Source: Octopus sinensis (lineage: Eukaryota). From it: 64,000 nt of DNA. This document shows positions 24,715 through 38,743 of this stretch, piece by piece. The translations under genes and the position numbers were made by a program. The DNA lies in assembly GCF_006345805.1 (NCBI RefSeq), contig NC_043002.1, forward strand, positions 15,376,001 to 15,440,000. Direction: 5' to 3'. The first letter of the stretch is position 1. The number at the start of each line of letters is the position of its first letter. Below the pieces are notes generated by a model. The model made no database searches and was not told the DNA's origin. It saw only the letters and a program-made list of their open reading frames with translations.

Positions 24715-26925
24715 GCATAGATATTATTAATATATGTTTGCCTTTTGCATTTTATTTGTACAAGTTGGCTCGAAGTTTCACCCAGAGACCTCATGAGACA
24801 ACAAATTTGAAGTTCCTGTTGGTGTTATACCTCGGGTGTCAGATATTTGGTTTTGTATATAGTATTGTTCTAGAGAATGTTTAAGAATCTATTAAAAAAT
24901 TATGATTTTGCTTTAAAATTTGAGATTACACACAAAAAAACATTACGTAGGATGTGGGCATTTCCCAAGACCATTATCCTTTTAGTTTCTGCAAATTTGG
25001 GGTTCCCCAGTATCAGAGGTAGGTAGCAATTAGCCACTTTTTGCTATCATTTTAAACATTCTATGTGAGACCTACGTACCTGAATTTGGTGTTGAATACG
25101 CTCGTACCAAGAAGGACTTTCTTGGGAATGTTGTCGTGTTCCCCCTGATGCATAGTACAGATGGTTGACATTTGTAATGTCAACATCATTAGCTCAAATT
25201 ATATCCTTAATTGCAAGCGGACTTTACCAATTAATTTCAGGTTTTGGTTAGAAATGCTAATTTTGGGGAGTGTCGCGTTCATTCATAGTGGTTTCTTTAC
25301 TTTTCAGCCATTCAATCATGATTTGAGTTTTTAAGATAATGTAGCTCTGTAGGGTCACTTTCTGTGTGTCTTTCTTAATCTATTTGATTCTCATTCGGTT
25401 TGGTGTTTATGGTTGGTTCAGAGATTATTTGACTTTGCTTATCAGGCACATTAAGTCTGTCATTCATTATTGCATTTTCATTAGCCCTGGGGTTGTCTAT
25501 AATTATTTCCCTTATAGTATCTTCTTTAGCTGAAGCTTCGTTCCTTTAATCCCTTACGCTTCATGAAGATTGACACGTTTACCTTTTGAAACGGTCGAAG
25601 ACAGACGTGATGTGGAAATATCGTTCACTAGATGGCAATGGCCTCGCTATTGACAACCGTAGGCCTTCTGTTGTGAAAAGCTTACCTCGTGTCATCACAA
25701 TCGTTTCACATTTTGGTAATCCAAACTTCCTCTTAATATCATTGGAGAAAATGAACACAGACTGGACTAGGCAGTTCAGTTCTGCCTCAGTTTTTGTGAG
25801 TAGCTTGAGGTCGTCCACGAATAGCAAGTGGTTCAGTTTTTCCTTACCGCTTTCCCAATCATACCCCAACTTTTTTGTGTAGTATTTCACTTAAGGGGAT
25901 CATACCCACCTCGGAGATCATTGGGGACACACTGTCTTCCTGGAAAATACCTTTATTGATTTTCACCTCTCCGAATATTTGATTCTTTGCTGTCAATTCC
26001 ATTCAATAGTGTTTCATGCTATTCCATACAGAGCTTCTAACATTTTCTGCTACTCCATGCATTCCCATTGTTCTTATCATCCAGGAGTGTTATATCATAT
26101 CGTATGCTTCACAATAATCAGCCCATGCCAAGCTCAGGTTTGTGTGTCTTCTCTTGCAGTTCCTGATAATTAGATTATCAATTAAAATCTGATCCTTTGT
26201 CCCCCGACTCCTATTTCGTCACCATTTCTGTTCAATAGGTAGCAGCCCACGTTTTGCCAGGTATCTATTCAGTTCACCAGCTAACGTACCTGACATTAGT
26301 TTCCATACTGGCGGAAAACACGTTATGTTGAATGCAACGTTTCCCTATTCAGTATCCTTGTCACACAACAATATCTTTCCCTTTGTCATGCAGTTGAGTA
26401 CTGCACCTTTCTGCAATCACTTATCTAACCTATTTCTTTATTACCCACAAGGGGCTAAACACAGAGCGAAGAAACAAGAACAGACATAGGTATTAAGTCG
26501 ATTACATCGACCCCAGTGCGTAACTGGTACTTAATTTATCGACCCCGAAAGGATGAAAGGCAAAGTCGACCTCGGCGGAATTTGAACTCACAACGTAACG
26601 CAGACGAAATACCGCTAAGCATTTCGCCCGGCGTGCTAACGTTTGTGCCAGCTCGCCGCTTTATCTAACCGTTGCGCTAACCTTTCATGGAGCCCTCTCA
26701 GCTTTTTCATCCAATCACCTTGGAGCTCATCAACCTTTTCCAATTTGGGCATTGTTGAACTGCTTTTTTATCATTTCTATAGTTATCTTTATATTTACTT
26801 GGTGTTCTATATTTCTCAGCATAACTTGTATTTCATTTAGACATTCCGTTTCATCATGATACTCTGCAGGTTGGTCCCAGATACCTTTCCAAAATGCCCT
26901 GAATTCCTCTGCATCTGGTCATCAT
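24715..26925 (-). mobile_element. 5'-truncated, decayed Dong/R4-clade non-LTR retrotransposon
   Basis: PDAEEFRAFWKGIWDQP, GIFQEDSVSP, KLNHLLFVDDLKL; flanked by CAT/CAG and CTT/ATT microsatellites; interrupted by a SINE. Confidence 0.85.
26431..26659 (-). mobile_element. SINE family 2 inserted in the Dong/R4 element
   Basis: 10-bp TSD ttatctaacc (26421-26430, 26661-26670). Confidence 0.92.
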
Positions 26926-26955
26926 TGTTATGTTTGATGCGTGTGTGAATGTGAT

Positions 26956-27092
26956 TCTTCTTCTTCTTCTTCTTCTTCTTCTTCTTCTTCTTCTTCTTCT
27001 TCTTCTTCTTCTTCTTCTTCTTCTTCTTCTTCTTCTTCTTCTTCTCTTCTTCTTCTTCTTCTTCTTCTTCTCATTATTATTATTATTATTAA

Positions 27093-27127
<35 letters not shown>

Positions 27128-27157
27128 TATTATTAATATTATTATTATTATTATTAT
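26956..27157. repeat. Compound (CTT)n(ATT)n microsatellite
   Basis: Direct sequence. Confidence 0.95.
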
Positions 27158-27394
27158 AAATACCGTGATGCAGTAGCAGACAGCGGCTTTCATGGCTTCT
27201 GAACTTAACTTATTATTATTATCATTATATCATTATTAATAATAACGATATTCTTCTTCTTATTACTATTATTGTTATTGCTAATAAGATATATGATTGT
27301 AAATCCCGTTTATAATGTTATTACGAAACAGTTTCGTGTTTCAATTTATTTCTCCACTAATATTTAATCATTGAGTAACAACATTGATAGTGAT

Positions 27395-27459
27395 ATATAA
27401 TAATAATAATAATTATAATAATAATAATAATAATAATGATGATAATAATAATAATAGTA

Positions 27460-27505
<46 letters not shown>

Positions 27506-27634
27506 TAATAATAATAATGATAATAATGATAATGATGATGATAATAATTATAAAAATAATAATAATAATAACAATAATAATAATAATAATAATAATAATA
27601 ATTATAATAATAATAATAATAATGATGATGAAGC

Positions 27635-27671
<37 letters not shown>

Positions 27672-27675
27672 GTTG
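27395..27675. repeat. Compound (AAT)n/(GAT)n microsatellite
   Basis: Direct sequence. Confidence 0.95.
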
Positions 27676-27686
27676 ATAGCTATAAT

Positions 27687-28080
27687 GTGGAAGCACTCCG
27701 TCGGTTACCACGATGAGGGTTCCGGTTGATCCGAATCAATGGAACAGCCTGCTCGTGAAATTAACGTGTAAGTGGCTGAGCACTCCACAGACACGTGTAC
27801 CCTTAACGTAGTTCTCGGGGATATTCAGCGTGATACAGAGTGTGGCAAGGCCGGCCCTTTGAAAAACAGGTACAACAGAAACAGGAAGTAAGAGTGAGAG
27901 AAAGTTGTGGTGAAAGAGTACAGCAGGGATCACCACCATCCCTGCCGGAGCCTCGTGGAGCCTCGTGAAGCTTTAGGTGTTTTCGCTCAATAAACACTCA
28001 CAACGCCCGTTCTGGGAATCGAAACCGCGATCCTATGACCGCGAGTCCGCTGCCCTAACCACTGGGCCATTACGCCTCCA
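27687..28080 (-). mobile_element. tRNA-derived SINE family 4 (head/body shared with family 3, different tail)
   Basis: 11-bp TSD atagctataat (27676-27686, 28081-28091); head ggaggcgtaatggcccagtggttagggcagcggactcgc. Confidence 0.92.
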
Positions 28081-28899
28081 ATAGCTATAATAACAGCAAC
28101 ACCAATAACAACAACTCTATATAAACAATTATTCTAGTGCAATTTTTTATGTCATATAAAATCTTACTGCATGCATACATACACACACCATAACACACAC
28201 ACACACACACATACAAACATATCTCTGTATTTATAGATAGAAAAAAGTAATGCGTATATAAGTATGCATATACATATACATGTATTTGTGTGTGAGTATG
28301 TGTATAAGTTGTGTAAGCATGACACCTCTCAAAATAAACGAAATATATTTATTTCTATAAAACCCAGTGCGACCATGTGTGTCTAATTGATATCTGTAAT
28401 TTCCATTCGAAGAACGAATTTGATCTTCCTTCAATTCTATTTAATATCCTTACACATTAACCTCTCAGTTATTCATTTCGATTCATATTCTGCCACTTGT
28501 ATTATTCTCCAACAAATATAATATAACGTAACTAACACCGTTTTGTCATGTACATAGACAAACCGCAGCTATACCACATATTGTGAACTTGTGCCTAACA
28601 CGATTTATAATAAAATACAGCTCTGCTATTTAAGTAAGCATTTGTCACATATGTAAATCGAAACGAAAATGAGCAATTTCGCATTGATTCCTATTAAACG
28701 TAGGTGTTTCGTTCTCTTTGCTTCATTCGTAATTTATTGATTTGCATGTAATGCGTGATATCCATGTCGATATCCTATGCAATAAAACTACATGCAAACA
28801 AATGTTCTCGTTGTATTTTTCGGCCACTCATCGTCGTTCTTTTATTCTCTATGAATGTTTATCTGCGTGTATTTTGTGTATGTAAGACTGCAATGTATG

Positions 28900-28901
28900 C
28901 T

Positions 28902-28957
<56 letters not shown>

Positions 28958-28984
28958 AATATATATATGTATGTATATATATAT

Positions 28985-29015
<31 letters not shown>

Positions 29016-29181
29016 GTATGTATATATATATATTTATATATATATATACGTATATATAGTATGCATATATATATATATATATATTTATATATATGCATAT
29101 CTATTTATATATACATATGTGTGGGTGTGTGTGTGTATATATATATATATTTATATATATGCATATCTGTCTATATATATA

Positions 29182-29228
<47 letters not shown>

Positions 29229-29237
29229 TATATATAT

Positions 29238-29287
<50 letters not shown>

Positions 29288-29290
29288 CAT
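28900..29290. repeat. (TA)n/(GA)n compound microsatellite
   Basis: Direct sequence. Confidence 0.95.
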
Positions 29291-30319
29291 ATGTGCTGTT
29301 GTAGCCGTGATGTGAATAGAAAGGAAAGGATATTGTATGCGTAAAAGAAATCTCACATAATCCATTTTCTTTCTGATCGGTAAATATGTTGTGCGCGCAC
29401 ACCTGATTTGCCACGCATGCGTACTTCTTTCGACGAGTGTAACAAATTTTATCCCCAAATCGAATATCCATTGAAAATGGTTTTCCGATATTTATTTTGG
29501 AATGAAAATTGCTCAATACACAAACACACAGACTTACACAGATAGCATATGTGTGTGTGTACACATATATATATATATATTGAGAGGGAGAGAGAAAACA
29601 TTGGTTTTGGCAATTACTACTTTCCTTAATATAAATTTCCCTATAAATTGCTGATGTGTTTGTGAGTAGTTCTCATTGTGAAATGCTTGATTGAGAACGA
29701 TTCTCATAACTGAGCGATGGGATATTGATAAGCTGGATTCTTGGTGTTCATATCAGCACTTCCTCTTTAGTAAATTGTTGTTTTTTTCCTATCCATGAAC
29801 ACACTGCATTCTAAGGAACAATACAAGAATAACATTTGTAAGTTCACGTTGCTTTGAGTAAAATGTTTTAGCCACAAAACTCCACAGCTAAACGATGAGT
29901 TTGCTTTCATTGTTATTGAATTAATTTTGTTGTTTCTTCTCCTTGTTGTGGAAATTGTTATTTAGCAGATGTGAGTCCTTTTCAGGAGAGTATTGAAAAC
30001 CGAGCATTCGAACCCTGGGAGAATATTCTTCTATACTTTCCATTTGAGCCCTTCCCAACATACGGTAGCAATATTTAGATGATGCATTACTGCCTGTTGC
30101 ATAAGTCCAACAAATTCTTTCTCAGTGGAATAGGGGTTCAAGGAGAAGTTTGTGAGGTTTGGGGAATTGCTTCTTATGTTCTCGTGGTATTTTCGGTCAA
30201 TTAACAACTTGATTTCAGCATACCATATCAGGGATCGCTTATTTCATTTAGATTTTCTAAATACAACACACACAAATGAAAGAAAAAATAAAGAAAGAAT
30301 ACTATAGACGAGTTAGATC

Positions 30320-30490
30320 AATAGTGAGAACAGAATATTGGTGCGTTTACGTTCCCGTAACCTAGTGGTTTGGCCAAAGACACCGATATAATAAATACTA
30401 GGCTTACAAAGAATAGGTCCTGGGGACGATGTTTTCGAATAAAGGTGGTGCTTTAGGATGGCTGCAGTCAAATGACTGAAACAATAAAGG
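30320..30490 (+). mobile_element. SINE family 1, diverged 3' half
   Basis: ggtgcgtttacgttcccgtaac...gcagtcaaatgactgaaacaa. Confidence 0.75.
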
Positions 30491-31257
30491 AATGATTCCG
30501 ATGTTGGACAGTTAAAAGGTATAGTACTTCTAATATACAACACACCCTTGGGGATTGTGGTGGATGGTGTGATGGAATTAGTCTGAGTAAGAGCCAACAG
30601 ATGATGATGATTCTGAATATCTAAGGAGATTTTTTTCACGTTGTAGTTGTATATTTTATCTACATATTTTGGAAGGCATTCAAAAATCTATTATTTATTT
30701 ATGTTCTTGGTGTTCTAACAACATAACTTTTAATTGTAAAAGAACTTCATATTTCTCATGCTATATGCATTTGCCTATAAACTGCAGTGGATCGCTAGAA
30801 TTGCTCGTGAAAAATGCCTTGCGATTTTTAATTATCTCTCTAATGTCTTCTTAGGCCTTCTGAGATCAATTTGAGTCGAGGTAGAGTCTTTATAGTTGCT
30901 TTGTGGTGTCAGTAAATTTAAGTATCTGTCAAGAAGCCAAATTTATATAACTGACTTCAAAATATGTGACCTTGTGTCAATTCTGTGATTCAATATTATG
31001 TGAATGTACCCTTAAAATGTTCTGATGTACAGGCGCGTGAAAGAAACATGTCTATGGTCATTTGTAGCTCAAACAACAGCGGATTGGTAACATCCAACAG
31101 GTTATAATATTGCGGGACATCCATGTGAGCCAACAATGCATGTAACTACATAATCGTTGAAAAACGTCCTACATAGCAAAATGCAGAGTAATGGAAGAAA
31201 GTCTAAACGTGATACTTAAATGGTGCTAAGCACGTGTTGAAGGTGGACAATATTCTT

Positions 31258-31438
31258 TTCTACTCTAGGCACAATACCCGAAATGTTTGGGGAGGGGCCA
31301 ATATATTAGATCGAATCCTGTTTGCAACTGGTACTTAATTTATCGACCCCGAAATGATGAAGGTCAACCTCAGTGAAATTTTATTTCAGAACGTCAAGGC
31401 AGACGAAATGCCGCTAAGCATTTCGCCCGGCGTGCTAA
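31258..31438 (-). mobile_element. SINE family 2 with alternative tail
   Basis: Core matches family 2; tail matches the third unit at 47130-47172. Confidence 0.8.
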
Positions 31439-32462
31439 TTAAAGGTATACAATAATGATGTATTACTACATAATTCCGGTATCTAATTTGTTATTTAAAT
31501 TTAAATTTATTGCGAAGTTTATTTATTCAAACCTATGGGAATATCGTTTTTTGTTTTATTACTAAGAAAACTGTTACATGGAGATAGGGGAAAGAATGAA
31601 AATATCCAACGTATGCACATATTAATGTGCTCGTCATTGTCGATTATAAGCATTTTGTGAGCATGCATTGTTGTATTAGTTAAATATTAAAAATATCACA
31701 ACCGCTTCTCGTCCTGAAAAATCGGCTTCATAATTTTTTGACAACCACTGTGTTTCATTTTCAACAAAATTGATGTATTACATATTTTCCATGAAAAGCT
31801 GGTTATTAAAATCTTTTATGCATTGAAAAAAATTTTCCTTTTGTCGAAACAAAAAGAAAATATACCCTCTTCCAATTCTAGAGATATATATAATTTCAAG
31901 CAGTTGTAGTAGAATATACTAAGTAGCTAAGATAACAATTGCTTATCATTGTGCTTCAGCTGATAGTGTGGAACAGTTGGAATAATGGACGCGTAAATAT
32001 ATAATGTGACAAAATGCACCAGATACCGAAAAGATACAGTACACAATTATTTCGTACTTAAGTGATCTATACAAGATGTCAGCCTATAGCTAGCTCTTCT
32101 ATGTATATTTTCACATACAGAATGTAGAATCGATTTGTTCTTCAACATACTGATGCTTGTATATTCAATAAAATATTTCATATAACAATTTTTTCAATAT
32201 CGGATGCGAATAACAAGTACAGATTCTCAACAAAAAACGACAAAAAAAGAAATAGAAACAGGCAAATTACAAAGGAATAAAATGAGAAAGTGCCAGATAT
32301 ACATATTTTAGAATAAATTGACAACGAAATCAGCACAAATCCAAAGATATATTTTATACATCACATCAGACCTGGTTTCAAGCGAATGATTGTGTCTTTA
32401 CCTCTCTTTTTCTCATTTATTTTCACACATGTATACACCCACACAAACATTCCCTCTCCTAG

Positions 32463-32517
<55 letters not shown>

Positions 32518-33120
32518 ATCTACATATGTGTTTGCGTACATATGTATATATGTAGGTGCCTCTATAATGGTATGGTTATCATTTAATGTTCAATGCATAA
32601 AATTAAGTTACTGGTAGTTGATTGTCACTGTTACACGTGGTTAGGCCCGATTTCAAAATGGGTATTCTTTTCTCCATTCTTGCTCTGTGCACATGGCTTG
32701 TTCTGCTTAAATATCAAGACGCTGTTATTTGACAAACCACGAGAAAAATTGAGAAGGCTGATGCAAAACATTTTATGAAAAGACAAAGTGTGAATAAAAA
32801 CGAGAAAAGAACGGAAAGAACAAACATTAGAGTTACGCACACTTTTACCATAGAAATCATATTTAAAGTAGTTTTAGAATAATTCAAAGCAATTGGGTCT
32901 AATGTTTGAAAAACAGATAATTACCAGAATCAAATCTAGAATGTGTGTGTTATATAAGTTGGGAATTTAGAATTCTTTTAGTATTTCCTAAACATATGTT
33001 TCTCAAATATTACCTCCAAATAATTTTCCTTGTTGATTTGGGTAACATATCAAGAATGAAACTAATGGGGTCCTCAAGAAGATAGTAGTTTCTTAAGAAA
33101 TCCTGATTTACATCTTTCAG

Positions 33121-33241
33121 ATACGACGGAAGTAATGGTTTTGTTACCCATTCTAATGTAGCACCACATGAGTTTCATGGATTAACGAAGGCACGTTTTA
33201 CACAGCAAAACAGTATAGACTATCATGCACTCATGCAATAA
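33121..33241 (+). other. Candidate terminal coding exon (YDGSNGFVTHSNVAPHEFHGLTKARFTQQNSIDYHALMQ*)
   Basis: cctgat branch point, tttacatctttcAG acceptor ending 33120; one frame open 39 codons in AT-rich surroundings; protein not recognised. Confidence 0.35.
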
Positions 33242-34598
33242 CTAAACAGGTACATCTATGTATGGAATTGACACCTACGACGCTAGATTTGGGTTAATAC
33301 AAAAATATTCTAATCTTCCACGAAACCATTAACACAAACAAATATGTCCACCTAAAGAGAAGAGCGTTGTTATTTTGACATGAACCTCATTGAATGTTGC
33401 CAAAAAACATTTCAATACAACGCACCCGTAGGATTGCATATATTTTATGAAATCTAGCTTAGTGTGATTTGAACTCAGAGAGCACACTTGATTCAAGTCA
33501 AATGCCATGATTATTAATGAGAGAAAGAAAATCTATATTCTGTGTTGGTGGTATGTGTATTTTCTTAATGTATATATTATCATGATGATGTGTACATTAA
33601 GGATTATTTTGTCTAATTTGTCCGTTCCTGATGTTTAAAAGACAATCTAAAGGTTTATTGAAGATAGAAAAGAAAAGGAAATGAAAAGCTATAATCGTGA
33701 ACAAACGTTCAAACATTTACAACAATGATTACATGATATTTAAACATTCATAAAAAAATCGATAGTTCTAAAATAGAGAACGGTAAAACTATTTCAATTT
33801 GTTTTCCTGCCTATATATAGGAGAACAATATTTCCTTCCACCTTTCATATCATCTAGAGAGGGAACGTAAGTATGTGATAAACTGGAAGATAGCATTAAC
33901 AAAGTAGTGAATTAAATGCTAGTGATTGATGTATGGGAAATGAAGAACAAAATTGATTGACTTGTAGAGACGTGTTATGTTTATGATGTGTTTGCTAACG
34001 ATTTGATGTTAGCATTGTATTGAGATATGAATATGGTTTCCATACTTAATCTATTTTCTTTTCAATAAAGTATGCCATAATTTTCCCATCGCATTTTCAT
34101 ATTAATCTGGGTTTATGGAGTGTGATGTTATGTGTAATAGCGCCATCTTGCAAACGAAAGCTGAATGAACATGAACGTTATTCTTGACAGTCGACTGTAA
34201 CCTAGTGTGCTGAAGTTTGTAACTTTCAGTCATACAGTCAAATGTAAAGGTATCAATTTGTCCTGTCTCTTACATGATAAGGAATTATAAAAGGAATTAT
34301 TTTGTTTTGCTGGTATTGTGGTAACTTATAATTTAAGCACAATCGTTTTAGAATAGAGACTGATATATACCAATACAAGAATTTAAAAATATATCATTTC
34401 AACATGATTGCAGTCTAGGTGCCACTTTCTGTTTCAAATATGTTCATTCTGATTAAATTCATCTTCACATGACATTTTGCGGTATATTGTTCAACAGAAT
34501 TTGTATCAGTTTAATGTAATTATGTGTATTAGAATACTTATACCTGTGCGTGTCTGTGTGTGCGCTAGTATGTGTGTGTATGTATATCTATACCAAAG

Positions 34599-34681
<83 letters not shown>

Positions 34682-36280
34682 TACATCAATTTATATAAAT
34701 GTATATTTTTGTCTGTGCGTGTGTATGTATATATCAATATATGTCACTCTCCCAGTCCTTCCATCTCTTTCTCTGTCCCTCTCTCTCCTCCTCTTTCTCT
34801 CCCTCTCTATCTATCTCTCTATCTCTTTATCTATCTATCTCTCTGTATATAAATATATATATTAAATTCTGTTGGATTTCACACACAAAGTATTGGAATC
34901 TTACCTATATAACATTCTGCCTAAAAATGGATCTACAATTTCAATATCTCTACATATCTCACATCTATTTTCTTTCCTCCACCTCAATCTCTATTTTGTA
35001 TCCCATCTAAATTAAATATTACTTAACCATCCTCTCACACCGTCTCCGATGTAGGGATATAATTATTAAATAACCTGGAAACAGCTGTAATGCCTCTTAT
35101 CTACAAATGCTCTAATATCTACACAGCCTTTTTTCTTTCTTTTATCTCATTACGCAAAAAAGTCTTATGTTTATATATATATATATATATATATAAACAT
35201 AAGACTATGCTTATATCAATATATATACATATGTGTGTATGTATATGTATGTAAGTATATGAAAATAGAGCCTTGAAAAGCTGCCATCATAAATGAAGGT
35301 GTAATAATATAACAATTACAAAGCCGGAAATTAACGAAATATTAAAGAACGAAGATATACTAGACTCTTTCAGCAGCAACTGGAATACATTCACATACGT
35401 AATTTTTCTTACATAAATATTTTGTAATTTTAGTTGAATATTTTGTGTAACCTAAACCAAGACGTGTGACACCGGCAATAAGGAACTGGCGATTTAGGGA
35501 CTTATTAGACTATGAAACTGATGCTTTCGGTGGATAAAACTTTTACTTCACAATGAAAAGATGGAATCGTTCAGATATCAATTTGACGGGTGAGACCGCG
35601 TCTTTTAACTCGCCAAGGAGAGGAAAGCAATAACTCTTTCAGCAATTCTAGAAGTAATTACTTGAGTGAAACCTTTATAATTTATTCTTGCAGACTTCAA
35701 TACGAAAACCAAAATGTCAGTTTATATTTATATTTAAAGTGTTAAAACAGTAGGAGAAAAGTCTAAAGTCATTGCCCTTATAATTTATTCAATGCCATTC
35801 TATATCTTGCTGAAAATGATACTACATTTCTAATTCATGAGTTTTATTTTTCCTAAACAGCGTTTGTTTGTCAAAAGGTCTTACTAAAAAAGACGTTACT
35901 GCCACATTCATCTTCACAATAATGTGCATACGTTATTTTTCCCCTAATAAAATCTTTATTAAAGAATATTAATAATGAAATGTAATACATCTAAAATTAA
36001 ACCTATACAGATATAGGTGTATGCTTAAGAAGCGTGTCGTGCAAACTAGTTGATTCGAGTTCAATCAATGGAAATCTAATGCATTGTGAGCGATTTAGGT
36101 AAAAGTCTATGGTCCAACATGGCAGGAAATTTATGACTGAAACACGTAAAAATGAAAGATAAACGAAGTGTATGCATGAAACCCACAAATATATATATAT
36201 ATAATATATATATATATATATAATATATACAACTATTTCGGATTCCTCATATGTCATTTCTATCTATCTATCTATGCGTA

Positions 36281-36320
<40 letters not shown>

Positions 36321-36346
36321 ATATATAAGAGAGAGAGAGAGAGAGA

Positions 36347-37223
36347 GAGAGTGCGATGAATAAATTGCCGTCAATATTACACAAAAATTAAAATAATATT
36401 GATATCTCATTTTCACAGATATATTTTCCAGAATTGCATCCAAATGTCTTGAAATTAGAATGAGTAAATTTATTCAACAAAATCATCATTGGCTTTGACC
36501 ACGGCATCCAATCGACTTCGCAATCTCCTGTAGCTCTTTTGGATGATCACCTTGTTTATGTTAGTGAAAGCTGCCATAATCCCTGCCTTCAGGTCATCTC
36601 TAATGTTACAAGGAGTTTTGTTGGTCTTTCGCTCGACTGCACAGTTAATAATCAAGGGGGTGCAGTCTGGAGAGTTAGATAACAAGATATTACGGGTGGT
36701 ATAGTAGCAGAAATGGTCTGACAGCTGTGACTGGATTTTCCTGCTTCAGAGGCATGCTGCAAAGTCTTCTTCTCAGACATAAGGTCTTTCAGCAGTCACC
36801 GTCTTTAACCTGGGTAGCACTCCCTTCTTCAGGCACTCGTTTTATACCACTGTGTTGAGTCTAAGGCCACGTGGGAAGATGAATGAAGACATCATTAGTG
36901 ATCACTCCGAACACTATTATGTTGACTGGATGCTTGATTTTGATGCGTCTCGGTACAAGTCCACAATTTGCACTGTCCTCAGATTGACACATGAGCACTC
37001 TGAAATGTTTGTATTGGAGCTTCCGGCGCGAATGCCAACCTGTTCCACAAGTCGTTTTCGACTTTCGAAAAGAGTGTATTGCATCATGGTGCTGTATTTC
37101 TCCCAAACGGTGCACAACCGACTCTACTATGTTCTGTAGTTCACGAAATAAAAGAAGAAACAATGCGCATGCGCTAAATAAAGAGAAACATTAAAAAGTG
37201 ACCATTTTTCCCATCTGACCTTG
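36347..37223 (-). mobile_element. Decayed DD37D/maT-type Tc1/mariner transposon
   Basis: NSPDCTPL...AVERKTNKTPC...RSRLDAVVKANDDFVE; N-terminal IRAGSSNTNISECSCVNLRTVQ; TA-flanked TIR end at 37223. Confidence 0.85.
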
Positions 37224-37289
37224 TATGTATGTATGTGTATATATATATATATATGTATATATATGTATGTATATATATATATATGTTTG

Positions 37290-37324
<35 letters not shown>

Positions 37325-37331
37325 GCATGTA

Positions 37332-37433
<102 letters not shown>

Positions 37434-37440
37434 ATATATA

Positions 37441-38410
37441 ATAGGGAGAGTTTACGAAAAAAACAAAAAACGAAGACAGGTGGTGTACAAAACAACAAGT
37501 GTATTAGTCTAACGCTCAGGAATAGAAAATGTATTTTACGTTTCGAACGTACACTCTTCTAAAGAAAGGGACACAAAAAAAACAAGAAGAGAAAAAAATA
37601 TGTGTAGTGGCTAACGTTCTAACATAGCGCTGTCTCGGACAGAAGGGTGACACACGAGAGGGAAAGTAGGGGAGGTAACAAAGTAAAGATGACCCCTAAC
37701 ACGAAGATGCGTGCGTGTATAAGAGAGTATGTATGGGCATGTGAAAGAGAGCTGGTTGTCTGGATGTGTGCGTGTATGTATGTGTAGGTGTAAAAATGTG
37801 GGGATGGGTCTGTGGGTAGTGTGTTGTGATGTGATGTGTAATATTGTATGGTGTAGCGTGTTGTGGTGTGATGTTGCTGGGAGGTGGGAGATGCGAGAGT
37901 GGGGAAAGTACGGGTGGGGCGTGGGTTCGTCTGAGGGTAGGGGTAGAGTTGGGGGGTTGGTGGTAGGCAGAGGGTGGGTGTAGAGGTGGGGTATGTGAGA
38001 TAAGATGGGGGGATGTGAAGGTGGAGTAGGAATGTGTAGGAGTGGGTGGGCTAATTGGGAAGGGGAAGGTGGGTATGTGAGGAGAGGGAGAAGGAGAGAA
38101 GAGAGAAAGATGAAAGGGAGAAAGAGAGTAAGAGATAAGAGAGAAAGAGAGAAGAGAGAATGAGAGAAGAGGGAAAGAGTGTAAGAGAGAAGAGGGTAAG
38201 AGGGGAAAGAAAGAGAGAAAGAGAGTAAGAGAGAAGAGGAAAGAGAGTAGAAGTGAAAAGATGTAGGAGTGAAGAGAAGTAGGAGTGAAGAGATGTAGGA
38301 GTGAAGAGCAGTAGGAGACGGGGAGGAGGTTAGATGAAGAGAGGAGGAGAGCTGAGCCCAAAGGGCGTAAAAGAGCGTTTTCATTGGCCAGGAGGAGGCG
38401 TCCACTGGGA
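37441..38410 (-). mobile_element. Penelope-like 3' region with extreme G-rich plus strand
   Basis: (TA)n on both sides; degenerate hammerhead-like gaagagtgtacgttcgaaacgta on minus at about 37535-37565. Confidence 0.6.
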
Positions 38411-38423
38411 TACATATATATAT

Positions 38424-38743
38424 GTATTAGGGAGTATAACTCCAAACTTGCAGGGAGAATTCAATTTAGTATTAAATCGAATTTCACAGTATAATATATA
38501 TAATATAAATTAGAGATAAAACCACTATTATACAACTCAAACAGTGATAGACATATGCCAAAACATAAAAAGCAAATAATATATATTTTTTATAAAACAT
38601 ATAACTAGATCATAAAAAGTATAGTTTTTGAGATCTAGTTATATGTTTTATAAAAATATATATTATTTATTTTTCTGTTTTGGTTTAGGCCTATCACTGT
38701 TTGAGTTGCATAATAGTGGTTTTATCTCCAATTTATATTATAT

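Noticed and set aside
27990-28080. tRNA genes (also 22950-23023, 51290-51367)
   Set aside because: tRNA-like SINE heads continuing into SINE bodies, with TSDs in two cases; no complete cloverleaf
29950-30250. Protein-like frames on both strands
   Set aside because: Stops in every frame and no convincing splice pair
34140-34150. Promoter from perfect YY1 motif GCGCCATCTTG
   Set aside because: Isolated motif with no supporting context
37530-37570. Functional hammerhead in the G-rich PLE tail
   Set aside because: At least two core mismatches and weak helices; kept only as family evidence
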